Positions 63,676 through 64,000 of a stretch of DNA of 64,000 bases are shown here, one piece after another. Both the position numbers and the translations under genes were made by a program. Origin of the DNA: Octopus bimaculoides. Lineage: Eukaryota. Numbering within the stretch: position 1 is the first letter of the stretch; each line of letters begins with the position of its first letter. The notes beneath the pieces were generated by a model. The model did no database searches. It was not told where the DNA came from and was given only the letters and a program-made list of their open reading frames with translations. The stretch covers positions 161,756,309 through 161,820,308 of the forward strand of contig NC_068982.1 in NCBI RefSeq assembly GCF_001194135.2, given 5' to 3'.

Positions 63676-64000
63676 ATCATCATCATCATCATCATCATCA
63701 TCGTTTAACGTCCGCTTTCCATGCTAGCATGGGTTGGACGATTTGACTGAGGACTGGTGCATCCGGATGGCTACACCAGGCTCCAATCTAATTTGGCAGA
63801 GTTTCTACAGCTGGATGCCCTTCCTAACGCCAACCACTCAGAGAGTGTAGTGGGTGCTTTTACGTGTCACCTGCACGAAAACGGCCATGCTCGAAATGGT
63901 GTCTTTTATGTGCCACCCGCACAAGAGCCAGTCCAGGGGCACTGGCAACGATCTCGCTCGAAAACCCTACAAGGCCAGTCAGGCGGTACTGGCAACGGTC
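63676..64000 (-). mobile_element. young 3' end of the same RTE family, (GAT)n tail
   Basis: (cat)n tail at about 63676-63702, then ttaacgtccgctttccatgctagcatggg.... The segment from 63911 to 64000 is nearly identical to segments within 18376-18510. CpGs are retained. The element runs off the window end. Confidence 0.85.

Overview
AT-rich, repeat-dense eukaryotic scaffold with many N gaps. The SINE, LINE and microsatellite content resembles what I recall for an Octopus (coleoid cephalopod) genome; this is inferred from repeat motifs, not from a search. No long intact host ORF is present. Most ORFs in the track are microsatellite read-through, gap-spanning artefacts or the antisense of decayed TEs. 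Supported content: (1) DNA transposons: a young mariner (DD34D, perfect 24-bp TIR match, TA TSD), a maT-type DD37D fragment, two Tigger/pogo relics, a hAT/Charlie-like MITE, a piggyBac-like MITE and a probable non-autonomous Helitron. (2) Non-LTR retroelements: several RTE fragments (one with a 5' inversion), CR1/L2-like fragments, and a Penelope-like element with a GIY-YIG C-terminus. (3) Many tRNA-derived SINEs. (4) Five minimal hammerhead-ribozyme-like motifs in Penelope-type repeats, four of them close to (TA)n tracts. (5) A hand-assembled, phase-consistent chain of very small + strand exons (16-55 nt, about 32.9-51.8 kb) giving a 104-codon open frame of unknown identity with a weak cadherin-like pattern. 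(6) A CpG-retaining zone at about 3.9-7.9 kb that may be a divergent promoter. The gene model, ribozyme activity and promoter are unverified inferences.
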